The notes under the pieces: model-generated
What the model was told of the DNA's origin: nothing
What the model saw: only the letters and a program-made list of their open reading frames with translations
Databases searched by the model: none
Source: Sphingomonadaceae bacterium
GTDB taxonomy: Bacteria > Chloroflexota > UBA6077
Length of the DNA: 62,392 bases
Reading direction: 5' to 3'
Assembly (NCBI GenBank): GCA_050261575.1
Contig: JBLNDL010000031.1
Location: forward strand, 1 to 62,392
Shown here: piece after piece, positions 12,054 through 23,419 of the stretch
Position numbering within the stretch: position 1 is the first letter of the stretch
Layout: every line of letters begins with the position of its first letter
Made by a program: the position numbers and the translations under genes

Positions 12054-13061
12054 TGCCTCCTGGCCGCCCCTTTGGCTGGAATGGCCGGGCTCCACGCCGG
12101 CTGCCGGGTCGAGGTAGCACTTGGCGTTGTTGACGGCAATGGCGGCCTCGGCTGCGCCAACTGCGATCAGTTTGAGGTGTCCGGGGTGGGCGACGATATC
12201 GCCAGCGGCGAAGACGCCCGGGATGTTGGTCATCATCTGCGGGGTGACGGCCACACAGTTTTTCACGATCTCCAGCCCCCAGGAATTGATGGGGCCCAGA
12301 TTGGCGACGAAACCGATGTTCATCAGGAGGGCGTCGACCCGAAGCTCCTCTTCGTCGCCCGTCCTGTTGTCGAAGATCGTGACCCCCTCCACCCGCTCCT
12401 CGCCGTGGATGACCTTCAACTCGTGGAACAGCTTCAGTTGGGCAGATGAGCCTTTCAACTCCTCCACGCTCCGCTCGTGCGCACGGAAGCGGTCGCTGCG
12501 GTGGATGAGCGTGACCTGCCTGCACACCGTCTGCAGGTTGAGGGCCCAATCCACCGCCGAGTCGCCTCCCCCGACGATCAGCACCGTCTTGTTGCGGAAC
12601 TCGGCCGGGTCGTGAACGAAGTAGTGCACCCCGCGTCCCTCCAACTCGTCGATGCGGGGTACATCCAGCTTCCTGGGTACGAAGGCACCAATGCCTGCCG
12701 CGATGAGGACGGTCCTGCTACGGTGGAAGCTGCCGGACTCGCTGGCCAGTGTGAAGACCTCGTCGTCTCCTTTGGTGAGGGAGACGATCTTCTCGTTGAG
12801 GCAGACGGTGGGGTTGTGTTGGAGCGCCTGTTCTGCCAGGTTGCGGACAAGGTCCTTCGCCAGCACCTGCGGAAAGCCTGGGACGTCGTAGATGTACTTC
12901 TCCGGATAGAGCGCGGCTAGCTGGCCGCCGACCTGAGGAAGGGCATCTACGATCTTGGCCCTCATCTCCCGCATCGAAGTGTAGTAGAGGGCGTAGAGGC
13001 CCACGGGGCCGGCGCCAACTATCGTGATGTCGTAGACGTCCGATGAGTCGATCGTACTCAT
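12042..13061 (-). CDS. Ferredoxin-NADP+ reductase, TrxB-like (YumC type)
   Basis: GAGPVGL, GGQLAALYPEKYIYDVPGF, GGGDSAVDWAL, GVFAAGD; no CxxC. Confidence 0.9.
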   Translation of the reverse strand: MSTIDSSDVYDITIVGAGPVGLYALYYTSMREMRAKIVDALPQVGGQLAALYPEKYIYDVPGFPQVLAKDLVRNLAEQALQHNPTVCLNEKIVSLTKGDDEVFTLASESGSFHRSRTVLIAAGIGAFVPRKLDVPRIDELEGRGVHYFVHDPAEFRNKTVLIVGGGDSAVDWALNLQTVCRQVTLIHRSDRFRAHERSVEELKGSSAQLKLFHELKVIHGEERVEGVTIFDNRTGDEEELRVDALLMNIGFVANLGPINSWGLEIVKNCVAVTPQMMTNIPGVFAAGDIVAHPGHLKLIAVGAAEAAIAVNNAKCYLDPAAGVEPGHSSQRGGQEASRS

Positions 13062-13150
13062 GTCTCTCACTACCTCGCCTCCGCGATCCGCCTGGGGGGG
13101 CGTGGCCACTGCGGAACCGTATTACTATCATCATGATAGCAATAATCGCG

Positions 13151-15556
13151 CTAGCGAAGGACGGTGAAAGGGGCGCCTCCTCGAAAGGGCGCGTCGCTCG
13201 CGCCGATCGATTCTGCGCAAGGGCTAGGCTGCTTCTCTCGAGTTACGGCGACCGGTGCCTGCAGCTCTTCCTCTCGGAAGGAAGCCTGGGGTACCTCCAG
13301 CAGCCCTTCGGCCTGCAACGCATACATCTGGATCAGTGCATGCAGCCAGGCTAGTGTGGCCTCGGCGCCTTGGTTCTGGTTCAGGCAGGTCGCTTCCAGT
13401 CCGTCGAAGCACGCGCCTGTGGCCTCGTCGTACACTGGCACCCCGAGGTCGTTGTCTCCGAGGAACCACTTGAAGCTTAGCAGCGCCTCCCTCAGCCACC
13501 CCCTGTCGCCGCTGGCCCGGTAGGCCGCGACACAGGCGGCAAGGGTGGTATCGGCCTCGATGGGCTGTTGGTCGAAACGGGCCCGCCTGCTGCCTTCTCG
13601 GCTGCACCAGCCATCGTTGCCGATCGGAACGAAGTGCCCGTCCACGGTCTGCAGCGTCAGGAGCCAACGCAGGATGTCCAGCCCGATCCCCACCATTTCT
13701 GGTCGCTCCAGCCCCTGTCCTGCCGAGATGAGGGCGTGGGGCAGGCTGGCATTGGAGTAGGTGACCAGTGGGTCCGGCCAGCGCCATCTTCCTGCCCTGT
13801 CCGGGGTGAAGGCGCGCATCAGCCTTTCCGCGAGGATCTCTCTGAGTCGCTTGACGGAGCTATCGCCGGGGAGCCTCTGCATGTAATGATTGGCCCCTAG
13901 GAGGGCGAAGGCGACGGCCCGAGGCGCGGACAGTCGCTCCGCAGTCGGGATCGCCTGGTGGAAGAGGACCGACGCCATGGCCCGGAGCCGCTCGTCTTCG
14001 GATGAACTCACCACGACACCGAGAGACCAGAGTGCTCGCCCCTGGCTGTCCTGGCTCCCCTCCTTCTCGAGCCATCGCCGATCGTAGTCCATGAAATTGC
14101 GGAACACCGCCTTTTCGGGGGAGAAGGCGTGCCAGAGGAATCCGATGTAGCGATCCGTCAATCGATCGAGGCTTCGGATGTCGGAGTAGTAGGGCCTGGC
14201 GAGGGTGGCGACCATGAGGGCCCTGGCGTTGTCGTCTGTGCAGTAGCCGTGGGCGCGATCGGGTACCGAGTAGATGGCGTGTTGGAGAATCCCCACATCG
14301 TCCGTGAGTCGCTCCATGTGATCCAGTCGTATCCCCGGCAGGTCCATCGTCGTGGCTCTCACGGTGGGTGCTCGAAAGATGCGTCGGGGTGCAACCTGGC
14401 ACTCCTGGCGGACCTGGTCGAACACCTCCAGGTAACGCCTGGCCACCTCTCTCCACACGTGGGATCGGCAGTGTATGTAGGCCCGTTTTCGGATGGCGTG
14501 CCGCTCGACCTCGTCCGAGAGGAGATCGACGATCTCGGAGGCCAGCGCCGCGGGATCGTTGAAGGGGACTAGCCTGCCCCGTCCGTCGGCCAGCATTTCG
14601 CTGGCGTACCAGTATGGGGTGGAGATGACCGCTTTCCCGCTGCTCATGGCATAGGAGAGCGTCCCTGAGACGATCTGGGCCTCGTTTCGGTAGGGAGTTA
14701 CGTAGATGTCCGCGGCGCCCAGGAACTCCGACAGTTCGTTGAGCTCCACGAAGCGATTGTGGAAAACGACGTGATCGTCGACGCCAAGCCTCGTGGCGAG
14801 CTGCTGTAGCTGCAGACGATAGGATTCCCCCTGGCTCCTCTTTACGTGGGGATGGGTGGCACCGAGCACCAGGTAGACCACATCGGGGTGGGCGGAAATC
14901 ACCTTCGGAAGGGCCTGGATCACGTTCTCGATACCCTTTGAAGGAGAGAGCAAGCCGAAGGTGAGGATCACCTTCTTTCCCTCCACTCCGAACTGATCCT
15001 TGTAGTAGTTCGGATCGACGAAAGGGGTGTCCGGAACCCCGTGCGGAATGTACTCGATCTTGTGGCTGGGAACCTGGTATGCATCCTCCAGGAACCTGGC
15101 GCCAGTTTGACTCATGGTGACGACCCGGTCGGAGACCGCGGCGAGGTCGACGATCACTCGCCGTTGGGAGGGGGTGGGCTCCCTGAGAATGGTGTGCAGC
15201 GTGGTAATGACCGGCATGCGCAGGGCCCTGAGAAGCTTGACTATGTGGTCGCCGTCTTGCCCCCCGAAGATCCCGTATTCGTGCTGCACGTACACCACGT
15301 CCACCCGGCTCATGTTGAGAAACTCCGCGGCCAGGCGGTAGTCGGCCAATTGGCTCTGACTTATCTCGAAGTGGACCTCGGTCGGATACCGATAGCCTCC
15401 AGGAAGATCGTTGATCGCGACGACCAGGGCTTTAGCCCCTGGAGCTTCCTCGACGATGGCGCTGGCCAGATCAGACGTGAAGGTGGCTATGCCGCACTGT
15501 CTCGGCAGGTAGCTTCCGATCAGGGCCACATTGCACTCTCTGGTGTCCGCTGTCAT
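13151..15556 (-). CDS. GT4 glycosyltransferase fused to a C-terminal six-hairpin glycosidase-like domain
   Basis: PRQCGIATF, QHEYGIFGG, SGTLSYA, STPYWYA; C-terminal GYCTDDNARAL, FDQQPIE, NQNQGAE. Confidence 0.88.
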   Translation of the reverse strand: MTADTRECNVALIGSYLPRQCGIATFTSDLASAIVEEAPGAKALVVAINDLPGGYRYPTEVHFEISQSQLADYRLAAEFLNMSRVDVVYVQHEYGIFGGQDGDHIVKLLRALRMPVITTLHTILREPTPSQRRVIVDLAAVSDRVVTMSQTGARFLEDAYQVPSHKIEYIPHGVPDTPFVDPNYYKDQFGVEGKKVILTFGLLSPSKGIENVIQALPKVISAHPDVVYLVLGATHPHVKRSQGESYRLQLQQLATRLGVDDHVVFHNRFVELNELSEFLGAADIYVTPYRNEAQIVSGTLSYAMSSGKAVISTPYWYASEMLADGRGRLVPFNDPAALASEIVDLLSDEVERHAIRKRAYIHCRSHVWREVARRYLEVFDQVRQECQVAPRRIFRAPTVRATTMDLPGIRLDHMERLTDDVGILQHAIYSVPDRAHGYCTDDNARALMVATLARPYYSDIRSLDRLTDRYIGFLWHAFSPEKAVFRNFMDYDRRWLEKEGSQDSQGRALWSLGVVVSSSEDERLRAMASVLFHQAIPTAERLSAPRAVAFALLGANHYMQRLPGDSSVKRLREILAERLMRAFTPDRAGRWRWPDPLVTYSNASLPHALISAGQGLERPEMVGIGLDILRWLLTLQTVDGHFVPIGNDGWCSREGSRRARFDQQPIEADTTLAACVAAYRASGDRGWLREALLSFKWFLGDNDLGVPVYDEATGACFDGLEATCLNQNQGAEATLAWLHALIQMYALQAEGLLEVPQASFREEELQAPVAVTREKQPSPCAESIGASDAPFRGGAPFTVLR

Positions 15557-15920
15557 GCGACGGTAGACCTCCTCGAAAAGGGTGGTGGCGACCCGTGGGG
15601 AACCTCACGAGGGCGCCGCGGTGGGGCAGACAGGCCACGCGCCGGTCGCTCCGCACGGCCCGTGTCAGCGATCGTGAGTGGCGTGACTTCGGCGAGCTGG
15701 TTACTCCGGACCGACTATTGTGGCTGATCAGCATATGAAGGGAGTAGGAAGAGTGTAAGAAATGCGTAGATCTTCCGACTAGTCGGGCGTCTCTGGATGG
15801 AGTATACCTTTCCCGCCAGAGGAGCAGGCGTGAACGAGAGATATCTGCTTAGTCTCCTCCACTGCGCTTGATGCGGCGTCAGCTCGCTGGAAGACGGAGA
15901 ACCTGGCTAAAGATTAACCC

Positions 15921-15949
15921 TTGAAAACACGTTGACGCTGCGCGATACT
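15921..15949 (+). promoter_or_regulatory. Putative sigma70 promoter of acs
   Basis: TTGAAA-17 bp-GATACT. Confidence 0.5.
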
Positions 15950-16175
15950 GGGGTGGCACGGGGGGCCTCTCGCCGTCGAGGAGGCATGGATTGAAGACGG
16001 CGAGAGGCCTCGTCTTCTCTGGATCCCCGCGGGCGAGGACGCCGGTACCGGGTCCATGGTAGAGCAGTGGAGGCGGATCCACGTCTCCGCCTCGGAAGCA
16101 CCCGCAGGTGTGAACCTAACGGGTATCGAAGGCATTCTTGGCTCGGACGTCATCGACTGGAAAGGGGTTGAGAAG

Positions 16176-18140
<1,965 letters not shown>

Positions 18141-18250
18141 AGGGGATGCGGGGAAGGGGTGATTCCCTCGCCCCCTGCGAGAGGCGTGAACGTGCCACTG
18201 GCACGTGACGGGGTGGCTGGCTGTCCACGGAGCGGGGTCCCGGACTAGGC

Positions 18251-18470
18251 GTAGGGGCGAAGCATCCGCGGGCAGGGCGCGTGCTCGTGGGGCGGTGTCG
18301 AGAGTGGGCGCTTCGCCCCCTGCCGTGGTAGGAGCCGATTCCTGCCGGCGACCGTCCCGGGCCGCGGCGACCGGGTCGTCGGGCGGCTCCTTCGGGGTAG
18401 CCGACCCCTGTGTAGGGTGGACCGCCGTGTTCCCCGCCCGGACGGGTTGGCAGAGCCGCAGGCCCCTGCA
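18251..18470. repeat. Three tandem GTAG-type REP/REPIN-like inverted-repeat units
   Basis: GTAGGGGCGAAGC...GCTTCGCCCCCTGC, GTAGGAGCCG...CGGCTCCTT, GTAGGGTGG...CCCCTGCA, all intergenic. Confidence 0.55.
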
Positions 18471-18500
18471 CCTCGTCCCGCAGTCTTGAGACGCCTCGCG

Positions 18501-18541
18501 ATAGAAAAGGCTTTCTATAACCACCTCGGGACGCGTATAAT
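18501..18541 (+). promoter_or_regulatory. Promoter of the aldolase gene with a palindromic operator
   Basis: TATAAT at 18536-18541; ATAGAAA-N4-TTTCTAT at 18501-18518 over the expected -35. Confidence 0.5.
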
Positions 18542-18581
18542 GGGGCAGGAGAATCCGGACTAGACTCGAACGTTCTGAGGT

Positions 18582-19238
18582 GTGGACATGAGTTACGATC
18601 CCGAAGAGAGGGCTTTGCGTGAGAAGCTTGCGGAAACCGCCATCCGGGCCTACCGCAGGGGGTTGGTGGCGGGTACGGGCGGCAACGTCAGCGCCCGTAT
18701 CCCCGGCAAGAACGAGGTGCTGATCACCCCCACCGGGGTGTCGCTGGAGTTGACCACCGTAGAGAACATCGTCAAGACCGACCTCTATGCGACCCCTGCC
18801 GACCCGGACTGTCCCCACAAGCCGTCGAAGGAGACGGGCTTCCACTGTGCGATCTACCGGGTCCGTCCGGAGGTGAACGCCATCGTCCACGTCCATCCGC
18901 CCTACGCCACTGCCTTCTCCCACCGCTTCCAGGATCTCCCCCTCTCCACGGTGGGGGCCAGCGCCGGCCTCCGCAGGGTCCCCTGCATTGAGGTTGCCCT
19001 CTCGGGATCGGCCGAGCTGCGCAGCTACGTGGAGGAGGCGTTCTCCACGGATCGCTCGATCAAGGCGATCATCATGCGGGCTCACGGGATCATCGGGACG
19101 GGAGCGGACCTCGTGGCTGCCTACGATGTGGCGGATCTGGTGGAGGCCACGGCGAAGATCGCCTACCTCGCGGTCGGCCTGGGCGTCCCCATCGAGGACG
19201 TCGTCGAGGTCTCTTTCCGGCCGCTGCCCAGGGCGTAG
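18582..19238 (+). CDS. Class II aldolase/adducin family protein (FucA/MtnB-like)
   Basis: GNVSAR, ITPTG, PSKETGFH, AIVHVHP, AHG metal-binding motifs. Confidence 0.9.
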   Translation: MDMSYDPEERALREKLAETAIRAYRRGLVAGTGGNVSARIPGKNEVLITPTGVSLELTTVENIVKTDLYATPADPDCPHKPSKETGFHCAIYRVRPEVNAIVHVHPPYATAFSHRFQDLPLSTVGASAGLRRVPCIEVALSGSAELRSYVEEAFSTDRSIKAIIMRAHGIIGTGADLVAAYDVADLVEATAKIAYLAVGLGVPIEDVVEVSFRPLPRA

Positions 19239-19379
19239 GGATAGGGGGTAGCCAGGAGACTCGCCCTCTGGAGAAGCGCCGCTCGCACGCCGCACTCCAA
19301 GAGGGCGAAGCTTCTGCCGAGCAGCGGCTACCTCGCCCTCCCTGCGGCGACGCGGCAATGGCATAGGCTGTGACGTTGT

Positions 19380-20477
19380 GTGCGGCAGGGGAGGAGAACC
19401 CCTGCCTTACTCTTGTGTTGGCGGTGCGATCGATTGCCCGACCTGCTGATCTCCGACTCGGACAGGGATGCGCTGGTGGGCGCGGGGTTGCTGCTGGGCA
19501 CTATGAGGGAGACGGTGACCTTTCGGGTGGTTGCCTCCTTTCCGGAGGCGAGCCGGCTCCTGCACGATGTCCGCCGCGCTTACTCCCGCATCCTGATCTG
19601 TGGCGTGCCTGCTGCGGACAGCGGCTCCCTCCGCTCCGCGCTGACGGTGCTGCAGGCGCGTGGAACGGGGGTGTGGTGGTTCGATTCGCACGAGTTGCTG
19701 TGGACCACCCAGCTTCGTGATCAGTTCGACCAACTGGAGGTGAATTACCGGCTCCCAGATCCGTACCGGCCGGAGACGGAGCGGACCAGTGGGCTCGTGC
19801 TGGCCCACCTGCTGGATCAGGGGGATCCCCGTGCGACCGAGCAGGCTGCTCAGCTTCAGAGGGCGGTAGCGCAGGTGCGGCGGGTCGAGATGGGGGGCCC
19901 GGACTGGCTGGCGCTGGTGGACGCGGTGGAGCACGACCGCAGGCTGGTAACCAATCGGGCCATCAAGGACGCGGTGCTTCGCGTGTGGGACCCGGATGCG
20001 CCCCTGACCCCGGCCGAGCAGCGATTGGTGGCGCTGCAGCGCTCCCGAGAGGCGAGGGTCGAGCGTTTCCTGGAGCGGCTGTCGGACGAACAGCCCTTCG
20101 ACCAGGAGTTGCTGAGGTTCGATGCCGAACAGTATCGGGAGCTTCGATACGTCCGGCCCCGCATGTACACAGAGATGGCCCGTCGGAGAATGGCAGCCGA
20201 GTACGCGCAAGCTCGGGTCGAGCGAGGCTGGACTTTTGCCTGCCGCGATCCCTATCGCTCAGGGCTGGATCTGACCGTCACCTTCCTGGAGCGGCTGTTC
20301 GACCTGGATGTCACCGTCCACGGCTACCCCTACCGGGCCTACGTCCGGGTGCTGGGCGGGGCCGACGTGGACGAGCGGCTGTGGACGGCGCTGGAGACGA
20401 CCCTGGAGGAGGAGCGGAGTGGCCGCAGGGGGCCGTCCGTCTTCGCCGCACCTCCGGAGGAGGAGATCGAGTGGTGA
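19380..20477 (+). CDS. Hypothetical protein, degenerate DHH phosphoesterase-like; start may be a TTG slightly downstream
   Basis: Long coding-like ORF; DSDRDAL, ILICG, WWFDSHE and TSGLV occur in DHH motif order. Confidence 0.6.
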   Translation: MRQGRRTPALLLCWRCDRLPDLLISDSDRDALVGAGLLLGTMRETVTFRVVASFPEASRLLHDVRRAYSRILICGVPAADSGSLRSALTVLQARGTGVWWFDSHELLWTTQLRDQFDQLEVNYRLPDPYRPETERTSGLVLAHLLDQGDPRATEQAAQLQRAVAQVRRVEMGGPDWLALVDAVEHDRRLVTNRAIKDAVLRVWDPDAPLTPAEQRLVALQRSREARVERFLERLSDEQPFDQELLRFDAEQYRELRYVRPRMYTEMARRRMAAEYAQARVERGWTFACRDPYRSGLDLTVTFLERLFDLDVTVHGYPYRAYVRVLGGADVDERLWTALETTLEEERSGRRGPSVFAAPPEEEIEW

Positions 20478-20566
20478 GTGCGGGGCGGGCTACCTTGGTC
20501 GATAACGGCGTGCTATCCTAAGTCCATCGAACGGTGACCCCAGAGTCGATCTGCAAGGAGTGACCC

Positions 20567-21601
20567 ATGGATATCGAGCCTATCGGTGTCGTTCACTCGC
20601 CTGTCTCCGATCCCGCTGAGATGCCCTTCGAGGGGGTGCCGGCCCTGATCGAAGTCTATCCGCGGTTCGCGGACGGGTTGCTGGGGATCACCGGCGGGAG
20701 CCACATCCACGTGATCGGCTGGCTGCACAGGGCTGGCCGGGGGGCGCTCCAGATCACCCAGACCCGATGGGGCGCAGGCAAGCCGAGAGGGGTGTTCGGG
20801 TTGCGCTCCTCCCACCGGCCGAATCCCCTCAGTCTCACAACCTGCCGCCTGCTACGGGTGGAGGGGACCGAGATCCACGTGGAGAGGCTGGACTTGATCG
20901 ATGGCACCCCGATAGTCGACATAAAGCGGTACTCGCCTAGTTGGGACTGCGTCTTCTCCGCCCGCAGCTCTCGGGACCTTCGAGTCCCCGAGGATGGGGA
21001 TCGCCGACCGGTGTTCGATGGGATGATGGTGGAGGCGGTCAACTTTCATGGGGAGCGGTGCGTGGGGGTGGCGTTGGGGGTCCGGCTGCTGCACCATGCA
21101 ATGATGCAGTGGGGTGTGGCACAGAAGGACCCGAAGATGGTGGTCCGCATGGGCGACGACGGTTGCATCGCGGATGCCCTGCAGGGACTCACCGGCGCCA
21201 CCCTGGGGAACGGCCGGATGAAGGTGCCGGGGGGCAGGGCCTTTCGGCTGTACTACGGGGTGGAGAAGTCGCTGGCCTACTATCGTCGCGATCTTCCGCC
21301 TGATGCGACCGTGGAGCGGGTGTTGGAGGCGGAGATAGAGGAGCTTTTCTCCGTTCGTGGCGACGAGTACTCCGAGGGGGAAGGGCCCCACGAGGGAAGG
21401 CTGGCCAAGTCGGCGCCTCCGGAGGAGAAGCGGTCGATGTTGCTGGCGCGGATTCAAGAAGTTGCCCACGAGGGGAGGCTGGCTTGCGCGCGTGCCCACC
21501 GGCTGGCGGCCGAGCTGGGGGTGAGTGTCCCGGACGTGGGGTGGGCGGCCGATGCCTCCAAGATCCGGATCACTCGGTGCCAACTCGGGTGTTTCAAGTA
21601 G
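20567..21601 (+). CDS. tsaA: TsaA/YaeB SAM-binding domain fused to an FmdE-like domain and a C-terminal CQLGCF domain
   Basis: IEPIGVVHSP, GVFGLRSSHRPNP, DGTPIVDIK; then FHGERC and CIADALQGLTGATLGNG; ends CQLGCFK. Confidence 0.8.
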   Translation: MDIEPIGVVHSPVSDPAEMPFEGVPALIEVYPRFADGLLGITGGSHIHVIGWLHRAGRGALQITQTRWGAGKPRGVFGLRSSHRPNPLSLTTCRLLRVEGTEIHVERLDLIDGTPIVDIKRYSPSWDCVFSARSSRDLRVPEDGDRRPVFDGMMVEAVNFHGERCVGVALGVRLLHHAMMQWGVAQKDPKMVVRMGDDGCIADALQGLTGATLGNGRMKVPGGRAFRLYYGVEKSLAYYRRDLPPDATVERVLEAEIEELFSVRGDEYSEGEGPHEGRLAKSAPPEEKRSMLLARIQEVAHEGRLACARAHRLAAELGVSVPDVGWAADASKIRITRCQLGCFK

Positions 21602-21860
21602 CTATCGGCATTCTGCGGTCAGCTTAGAAGGCCGACACAAGTCGTTCGTGGCCTCGTGGGGGAGCAGGGACGAACGAGTGAAGTCGTTCCTGCTGGCTGG
21701 GGCCGAGGTCGGTGCCCTGTCCTAGCGAATGTGGCGCATACTGGCAAGGAGTCTGGGTTGTATCAACCCAGCAGTGGCCCGTCTGGGTCGGCCCAACCCC
21801 GACTCCGCGAATGGACGGGGACCTTCCGAACGACGTACCTAGTACAGGAGCCGCATTCAT

Positions 21861-23081
21861 ATGCCAGAGTCGAAGTACGCTATGGTCGAGCCTGAATACG
21901 CCCTGGAGACAGTGCTGAGCCACACGGCGGTGCTCGACACCGAGACGCTTCCCCTGGTCGAGGCCAGAGGGAGGGTCCTGGCGAGGGACCTGTTTGCGGA
22001 TGCCGATCTTCCGCCATTTCCTTCCTCCGCCGTCGATGGGTACGCCGTCATTGCCTCGGATCAGTCGCCGACCCGACGGGTGCTGGCCGAGGTGACCGCC
22101 GGTTCGGCCGGGGAGGTGGCGGTTACGCCTGGCACCGCTGTGCGGACGATGACCGGGGCGCCGGTTGCGCCGGGTGCCGACGCGGTGGTGATGGTGGAGC
22201 ACGTCCAGGAGCGGGGCAGTGAGATCGCGTTGACCAGGCCGGTGCGTCCGGGAGAGAACGTGAATCGGGCTGGGCAGGACGTGCAGTCTGGGCAGTTGGT
22301 GCTGCCCCGTGGCTCGATACTAGGGGCGCCGGAGGTGGGTCTGCTGGCTGCCCTGGGCCAACGAGCGGTCGAGATCTTCCGCCGCCCGCGGGTGGCGGTG
22401 CTCTCCACGGGCGACGAGCTTGTGGAGCCGTGGGAGGAGGCCGGGCCGGCCAAGATCAGGGACAGCAACCGCTACGCACTGATGGCCGCCGTCGAGGCCG
22501 CCGGTGGGATCCCCGTTTCCCTGGGGATGGCGAAGGACGTTCGATCCGAGCAGCAGGAGCGCATCCGGAGAGGGCTGGAAGAGGCGGACGTGGTGATCAC
22601 CTCAGGGGGGGTGTCCATGGGGGTGCGAGACCTGGTGAAGGGCATCTTGGAAGAGATGGGCACCGTGCACTTCGGTCGCGTCTCCATAAAGCCGGGCAAG
22701 CCCTTCACCTTCGGCACCGTGGGTAGGAAGCTCGTCTTCGGGCTGCCGGGCTTTCCGGTTTCCTCGCTGGTCACCTTCGAACTGTTCGTGAGGCCGGCTC
22801 TCTTGAAGATGCAGGGGTGTCGGAACGTGACCCGTCCTCGGGTGGAGGCGATACTGGACCACGACGTCAATCCCGCGGCGGACCGCTCGGAGTACCAGCG
22901 TGCGGTGGTCAGGTGGGAGGATGGACGACTGGAGGCCTCCACCACCGGCCTCCAGTCGTCCGGTCGACTGCTTTCCATGACGGGGGCCAACGCCCTGCTG
23001 GTGTTCGCGCCGGGGGAGAAACGGCTGGCAGGGGAGTCGGTGACGGCGATCCTGACAGGGCCTCTAGTATCCCCGTCCTAG
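21861..23081 (+). CDS. moeA: Molybdopterin molybdotransferase MoeA
   Basis: PPFPSSAVDGYA, MTGAPV, STGDEL, SGGVSMG, KPGKP, GLPGFPVS. Confidence 0.95.
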   Translation: MPESKYAMVEPEYALETVLSHTAVLDTETLPLVEARGRVLARDLFADADLPPFPSSAVDGYAVIASDQSPTRRVLAEVTAGSAGEVAVTPGTAVRTMTGAPVAPGADAVVMVEHVQERGSEIALTRPVRPGENVNRAGQDVQSGQLVLPRGSILGAPEVGLLAALGQRAVEIFRRPRVAVLSTGDELVEPWEEAGPAKIRDSNRYALMAAVEAAGGIPVSLGMAKDVRSEQQERIRRGLEEADVVITSGGVSMGVRDLVKGILEEMGTVHFGRVSIKPGKPFTFGTVGRKLVFGLPGFPVSSLVTFELFVRPALLKMQGCRNVTRPRVEAILDHDVNPAADRSEYQRAVVRWEDGRLEASTTGLQSSGRLLSMTGANALLVFAPGEKRLAGESVTAILTGPLVSPS

Positions 23082-23419
23082 CCCTGCATCTCCTTCATCC
23101 TGGCCATGATGCTGGGAACCTCTCGCAGGATGGTGTTGGTGAAGCGGAGGACGATCGGCCCGTCTTTCTCCGTCTCCGCCCTTGCTGCGATCCACCCCGG
23201 ATCATTCTGGAAGGCGTCCCAGCAGCGCTCGCGCTCGGCCAGGCTCTCCCACTGCAGCAGATAGGTCAGTTGGTTGCTGACTCCGAGGACGGGTTCCAGG
23301 AACAGCACCGGCTTGATGCCGTGCTTCCCGAAGAACTCCAGGGTGATGTTGGCAAACCGGTTGATGATGGCGGGCATCTTACCAGGCGCGATCTCGTAGA
23401 TCCGTAGCTCGTACAGCAT
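23078..23419 (-). CDS. NIPSNAP family protein
   Basis: YELRIY, LTYLLQWESLAERERCWDAFQNDPGW. Confidence 0.88.
   Translation of the reverse strand: MLYELRIYEIAPGKMPAIINRFANITLEFFGKHGIKPVLFLEPVLGVSNQLTYLLQWESLAERERCWDAFQNDPGWIAARAETEKDGPIVLRFTNTILREVPSIMARMKEMQG

Noticed and set aside
19250..19266. AGCCAGGAGACTCGCC resembling the 3' end of a cobalamin riboswitch
   Set aside because: Upstream sequence is aldolase CDS with no B12-box; better explained as one arm of a hairpin
19350..19380. In-frame TGA upstream of the DHH-like ORF as possible selenocysteine
   Set aside because: No plausible upstream coding sequence, redox motif or SECIS seen
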